From Candidatus Hydrogenedentota bacterium (GTDB lineage Bacteria > Hydrogenedentota > Hydrogenedentia > Hydrogenedentales > SLHB01): DNA of 64,000 nt. The position numbers were made by a program, and so were the translations under genes. The notes under the pieces were generated by a model that did no database searches, was not told the DNA's origin, and saw only the letters and a list, made by a program, of their open reading frames with translations. The stretch is from positions 20,385-84,384 of the forward strand of contig JAWXCN010000200.1 in the NCBI GenBank assembly GCA_034408725.1, read 5' to 3'. Positions 60,035-64,000 of the stretch are shown here, in pieces; positions within the stretch are counted from its first letter, which is position 1; each line of letters begins with the position of its first letter.

Positions 60035-61041
60035 TGATTAAATGTATTCCGCGAAAAGTCCATCGCGGTATCCATCTTTGCAGCAACATCGTTGAAATCA
60101 ACCTGCATGGCGCGGATTGACGACATGTGCGGCACCTCGGGCGGTGATTCCACGGACGGATTTAAAGGGATTTGGATCGAGCGCGCGCGCGCAAGCGATC
60201 CTTCGACTTCAGGGCCGAGCAGATAATCGATCAGTTTCTTGCCGGCATCGGCGTTTGGCGCGTCTTTTACGAGCGCGACAGTGTTCGGAAGCACCAGCGT
60301 GCCCAGCCCTCCCTCTTCCTGATCGGGGAACAACCACTTCACCGGTTTTCCGTCTATGACTGCGCCGTTCGCGTCGTCGGTGTCGGTGAGGCCCGCGGCG
60401 AATTCGCCGGACGCGACCATATCGCGGACGGTGGCGTTGCCCGCGAGAATGGCGACATCGTTGGAGACGAGATCGCTAACGAAAATTTTCGCGCGTTCAT
60501 CGCCCCATGCCGCGAACAGGGCCGCGGCGTGCGTAGCCGTTGTGCCGAACAGTGGCCGGGCAATAGCGAGTTTGCCGCGCCATTCGGGTTTCACAAAATC
60601 CATGATCGAAGCAGGCGGTTCGGTGAGCATGTCCGTGTTGTAGATGATGACGCGGGCTCGCGCGGCGAACCCGGTCCACATGCCTGTCAAATCCTTAAAC
60701 GCGTCCGGAATTGCACTGGCAGAGGGTGAGCGATAGGGCCCAAACACGCCTTTGTTGGCCAACACGATTGTCTGCGCGATTTCATTGTTCCAGAACACGT
60801 CCGCGCGCGGGCGGGACTGTTCGGCAATGAGACGATTTGCCAATCCAGTCGTCTTTGACGCCTCCGTGTCGTACACGGCGCGAACGATGATGCCAGTCTT
60901 CTGAGTAAAGGTGTCCAGCACTGGTCGAGAATACATCTCGTCGTGCGCGACATATACGACGACTTCCGGCGCGTGGCTTTCCCCACATCCTACTGCGATC
61001 AATACGACGAGGATTGCCATTGTTTGGACGATATGCTTCAT
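60031..61041 (-). CDS. Fe3+-type ABC substrate-binding lipoprotein
   Basis: Lipobox AVGC; VVVY...FTQKTGI, ADVFWNNE, ARARVIIYN and LTDTDD motifs. Confidence 0.9.
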   Translation of the reverse strand: MKHIVQTMAILVVLIAVGCGESHAPEVVVYVAHDEMYSRPVLDTFTQKTGIIVRAVYDTEASKTTGLANRLIAEQSRPRADVFWNNEIAQTIVLANKGVFGPYRSPSASAIPDAFKDLTGMWTGFAARARVIIYNTDMLTEPPASIMDFVKPEWRGKLAIARPLFGTTATHAAALFAAWGDERAKIFVSDLVSNDVAILAGNATVRDMVASGEFAAGLTDTDDANGAVIDGKPVKWLFPDQEEGGLGTLVLPNTVALVKDAPNADAGKKLIDYLLGPEVEGSLARARSIQIPLNPSVESPPEVPHMSSIRAMQVDFNDVAAKMDTAMDFSRNTFNQ

Positions 61042-62804
61042 GCCGAATGGTCCTTATTCTTGAATCTCCCTTCCACGCGAATAGAGTCAAAGAGTAAAAG
61101 AATCGCCAGACCGGCGTGAACAGCAAGCACGAAGGAAATGAATAGGACGTTTTCAACTTCTGACCTGTATGGTGTTCGAGGAAAATACGCGTAGGGAAAT
61201 ATCGCGTCCAACCACGTTAACAAGGGTGAAGCGCTGAGTAATGCTCTTACTTGGAAATCGTTCGCTGCACCGAAAAGACGCATTACTTCAATCACGTGAG
61301 TAACCAGGAATGCAGGGAGCAATATATACGCGGCGGCGAGCACGTAGGAAAGTACTACGGACGCGGTGGTATTTACGCGAAGTTGGGCGGCCTGTGAACC
61401 GATGGCTATGACACAGAATGCTGTAACCGCAATAGTCGCGACGCCACATACGACTTTGAATAAAACATTCTCGACGTACGCCAGACTTACGACCAACGGA
61501 GAGGTGGACAGCGCCGCGACCAGCACTGCCGTCATCGTAAAACAGAGTGCGGCGCCGGACTTGCCGAAGACAATATCTCGCGGACGCATCAGCGTCATCA
61601 TCAATTGTTCGCGTGTATCCTTGTCGCGCTCACGCGCCCAGAGCGGCGTGCTCACCCCCGGAGCGACAAGGGCCGCTACTCCGATCAATCCCATGACCCA
61701 GGAGAAAATAACGCCTTCGTAAATCTCGTCAGATTTGGTTACTTCCGGAAATTTCCCCACTTCTCGAATTGTGTATGCGGTCATGAGAAACACGCCCAGC
61801 GCCAGGAGGGTCACCAGAACAACGCGAAGACGCGCGCGCTGCCATGCCGTCGTCAAAGCACGAATTTCCCGAACGAAAATCGGGTTGCGATGATCAGGTA
61901 TTGCTCCAACAGGCGCTTGCGATGGTTTCCGCGACTTAGCCGGCTTTCGCCGGATCAGTGCGACAAACCGGCTTCCTTGATCTGGATTGCGGCGGAGAAT
62001 GAGCCAGGTCAGCAACAACAAAACAGCGGAAAAAATAAGTTGCTGTGCTCCGCACAAGAAAATCCCAGGAACAGGCCTCTGTGAAAAACTTAGACTCAAG
62101 ATCCAGTCTTCAAGGGCACCGAACGGAGTGATTGACGTTAGGAAATTGAGAACGTCCAAAAAGTTAGAGTCCGAAAAGTTGTCGCTCATTTCATACGCAA
62201 ATGTATATACCGCCAAGGAAACATACAGCGGTATCAGGTAACCGCCCATCAGAACGGCGATAAGCAAATAAGTTCCGACCAAGGCCCTGGGCAAGGTGGT
62301 GGCAATGCTGGAACAAAAGAGTCCGGCGGACACGCAGGTCAGCGCCAGAACCATCAGCAACGCGAATGGCAACAGAAGCTGCCACTCCAAACCCATCAAA
62401 AAATAGTCTGTTCCGATCAGCGGCAGCGCCGTGACCACGATCACCGCGAAGACACCGATGACGTTAAGCAGCTTTCCGAACAGGATGCCCGCCGGCGTGA
62501 GCATTGTCATGCTCATCATTTCGTAGGTGTCGCGGTCTTTCTCTCCGCGGATTGCAGCGGCGGCGTAGCCGGGTAACATCGCGATGCCGAGGCAGCCTAT
62601 TCCAACAAGCACCAGCATGGGAATGCCGATACCGACTTCGCGCACGGTGGACAGACGGGATACTTCTCTCGGCCAATTCAAGCCGAGCAGAATCCCACTC
62701 AATGCGAAACCGAGTGCGATGAGGGCAAGGAACCGCTTCGTGCGCAGTGTGCGCACCAACTCGCGGCGGACAAGGGCGGTCACAGGAAGCCAGCGGCTGA
62801 CCAT
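61038..62804 (-). CDS. ABC-2 type (GldF-like) permease with duplicated domain
   Basis: LVRRELVRTLR, IRGEKDRDTYE and ARERDKDTRE...IVFGK motifs. Confidence 0.8.
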   Translation of the reverse strand: MVSRWLPVTALVRRELVRTLRTKRFLALIALGFALSGILLGLNWPREVSRLSTVREVGIGIPMLVLVGIGCLGIAMLPGYAAAAIRGEKDRDTYEMMSMTMLTPAGILFGKLLNVIGVFAVIVVTALPLIGTDYFLMGLEWQLLLPFALLMVLALTCVSAGLFCSSIATTLPRALVGTYLLIAVLMGGYLIPLYVSLAVYTFAYEMSDNFSDSNFLDVLNFLTSITPFGALEDWILSLSFSQRPVPGIFLCGAQQLIFSAVLLLLTWLILRRNPDQGSRFVALIRRKPAKSRKPSQAPVGAIPDHRNPIFVREIRALTTAWQRARLRVVLVTLLALGVFLMTAYTIREVGKFPEVTKSDEIYEGVIFSWVMGLIGVAALVAPGVSTPLWARERDKDTREQLMMTLMRPRDIVFGKSGAALCFTMTAVLVAALSTSPLVVSLAYVENVLFKVVCGVATIAVTAFCVIAIGSQAAQLRVNTTASVVLSYVLAAAYILLPAFLVTHVIEVMRLFGAANDFQVRALLSASPLLTWLDAIFPYAYFPRTPYRSEVENVLFISFVLAVHAGLAILLLFDSIRVEGRFKNKDHSA

Positions 62805-62830
62805 GGATTCGTGTTCCCGCGCGACCACAG

Positions 62831-64000
62831 TTACCGCTCCGCCATGTGACGCTTGGCCAGCAAGCGGACTGCGATGCGCAAAATGAAAAACGCAAGCAGG
62901 ACATGCGCACCCATCGCGATGGCCCACCATGCCACGGCGCCTCGGCCCAGACTGTTGAACGTCGCGCCGTACGCGACTATCGGCGAGAAGAACCAAAAAT
63001 TAAGCGGGTTGCCGGGCATGGGGAACCCCGTTGTCACCGTCCAGAAAAGTAGCACAACTACGGCGATAAGAAACGGAAGGGCCAGAACCGTCATTGTGCA
63101 AACGTATCCATAGAGCACGCAGGTCGCGGAACGGCGATTCAGTAAACCCACCAGGGTGCCGATGGCGTTGCAGAGCAGTATCGTGACGAAAAGGGACACC
63201 ACACCGAGGATGAATTGCAGCAGTGCGTGCGCGCCCGCGAACGCATAGGGGAAGAGGGGAAGCGAGGCGATGCACGCGAGGACCAATGGAAACGCGCAGG
63301 CCGACAATGCAGCGCGTGTTTTTCCCATGACAAGTTCGCGCGGCGTGAGCAGACTGGTGCGGATAAGGTCCATTGTTTCGCGCTCGTACTCCCGGCTCCA
63401 GGCGGTCGCGCTCATCGCCGGTGATACAAAGGCCATGAACACCATCAAGCCGATGAGCCAGGTCGTTATCGCGAGCGCGGCATCGCTTCCGCGAATGTTG
63501 CCGAAGTTTTCCGAAAGCGACGCCGCGAGGATGAGCATGACGGGAAGGACGAGAACAAGGCCGCCAACAAACCGGAGCGGTGTGATGCGGTTGTTGATCC
63601 GCACCTGCAACATTTCGCGCGCGTACACCGGGTTTACCCTGTCCGGCACCGGCGGCCACGGCGGCAGTATGCTGTCGGCATAGGAAACGTTGCTGGCGGG
63701 TTCGCATGGCGCATCGGGCACAGGGAACGACGAATCAATGGAGACATTGCTGGCCGGTGCTGACGGCAATTCAGGAACTGGAAGCGGCGGTGGCGTGGGA
63801 ACGGTGGAGAAGTTCCTGTCCATCGATGGACGCCGGATCATTTTCCATGCAACGAGCAACGCGATGGCGCAGAACACGCCCTGCCCGAAGACAGGCCATA
63901 GCGGGAGATGCCAAAAGCCCGCCCCCCCAACTCCCATGAACGCAAAGGAGCCCGCCGAGGTGAAAGGTGAAAGCGCCGTGAGAAACGCCAGACCTTTGCC
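62831..64000 (-). CDS. ABC-2 type permease paralog (5' partial)
   Basis: NPVYAREM and WSREYERETMDL...LVMGK; similar to the downstream gene. Confidence 0.75.
   Translation of the reverse strand, partial: GKGLAFLTALSPFTSAGSFAFMGVGGAGFWHLPLWPVFGQGVFCAIALLVAWKMIRRPSMDRNFSTVPTPPPLPVPELPSAPASNVSIDSSFPVPDAPCEPASNVSYADSILPPWPPVPDRVNPVYAREMLQVRINNRITPLRFVGGLVLVLPVMLILAASLSENFGNIRGSDAALAITTWLIGLMVFMAFVSPAMSATAWSREYERETMDLIRTSLLTPRELVMGKTRAALSACAFPLVLACIASLPLFPYAFAGAHALLQFILGVVSLFVTILLCNAIGTLVGLLNRRSATCVLYGYVCTMTVLALPFLIAVVVLLFWTVTTGFPMPGNPLNFWFFSPIVAYGATFNSLGRGAVAWWAIAMGAHVLLAFFILRIAVRLLAKRHMAER

Overview
Bacterial chromosomal window, mostly GC-rich, with about 60 genes. Many enzymes carry Tat or Sec signals (sulfatase, sialidase, phosphatases, oxidoreductase), which suggests a polymer-degrading heterotroph; taxonomy cannot be established from the sequence alone. 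Core genes include ffh-rpsP-khpA-rimM-trmD-rplS, rnhB, yebC-ruvC, glgC, dnaE2, ferritin, an Fe3+-type ABC transporter and tRNA-Arg(CCT). The accessory layer has five main parts. (1) A complete 2317-bp IS1-family element (54681-56997) with 20-bp TIRs and an 8-bp TSD carries two passenger genes that share a KGG-type basic motif. (2) Three copies of a CTAG-ended MITE have a terminus resembling that IS end, and two of them bracket dnaE2 plus sdpIR. (3) A REP-like family (GGAGTGCGG...CCGCTTT / AAAGCGG...CCGCACTCCAA) includes 82-bp inverted arms around one gene and a BIME-like array. (4) Two small ORFs are missing from the ORF track; one is translationally coupled to ferritin. (5) Three genes carry single-point lesions: an amber stop in a phoD-like gene, and frameshifts in a GNAT gene and the iron permease. 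I found no CRISPR array, rRNA, prophage or integrase. All protein assignments come from motif recognition by eye, not database searches.
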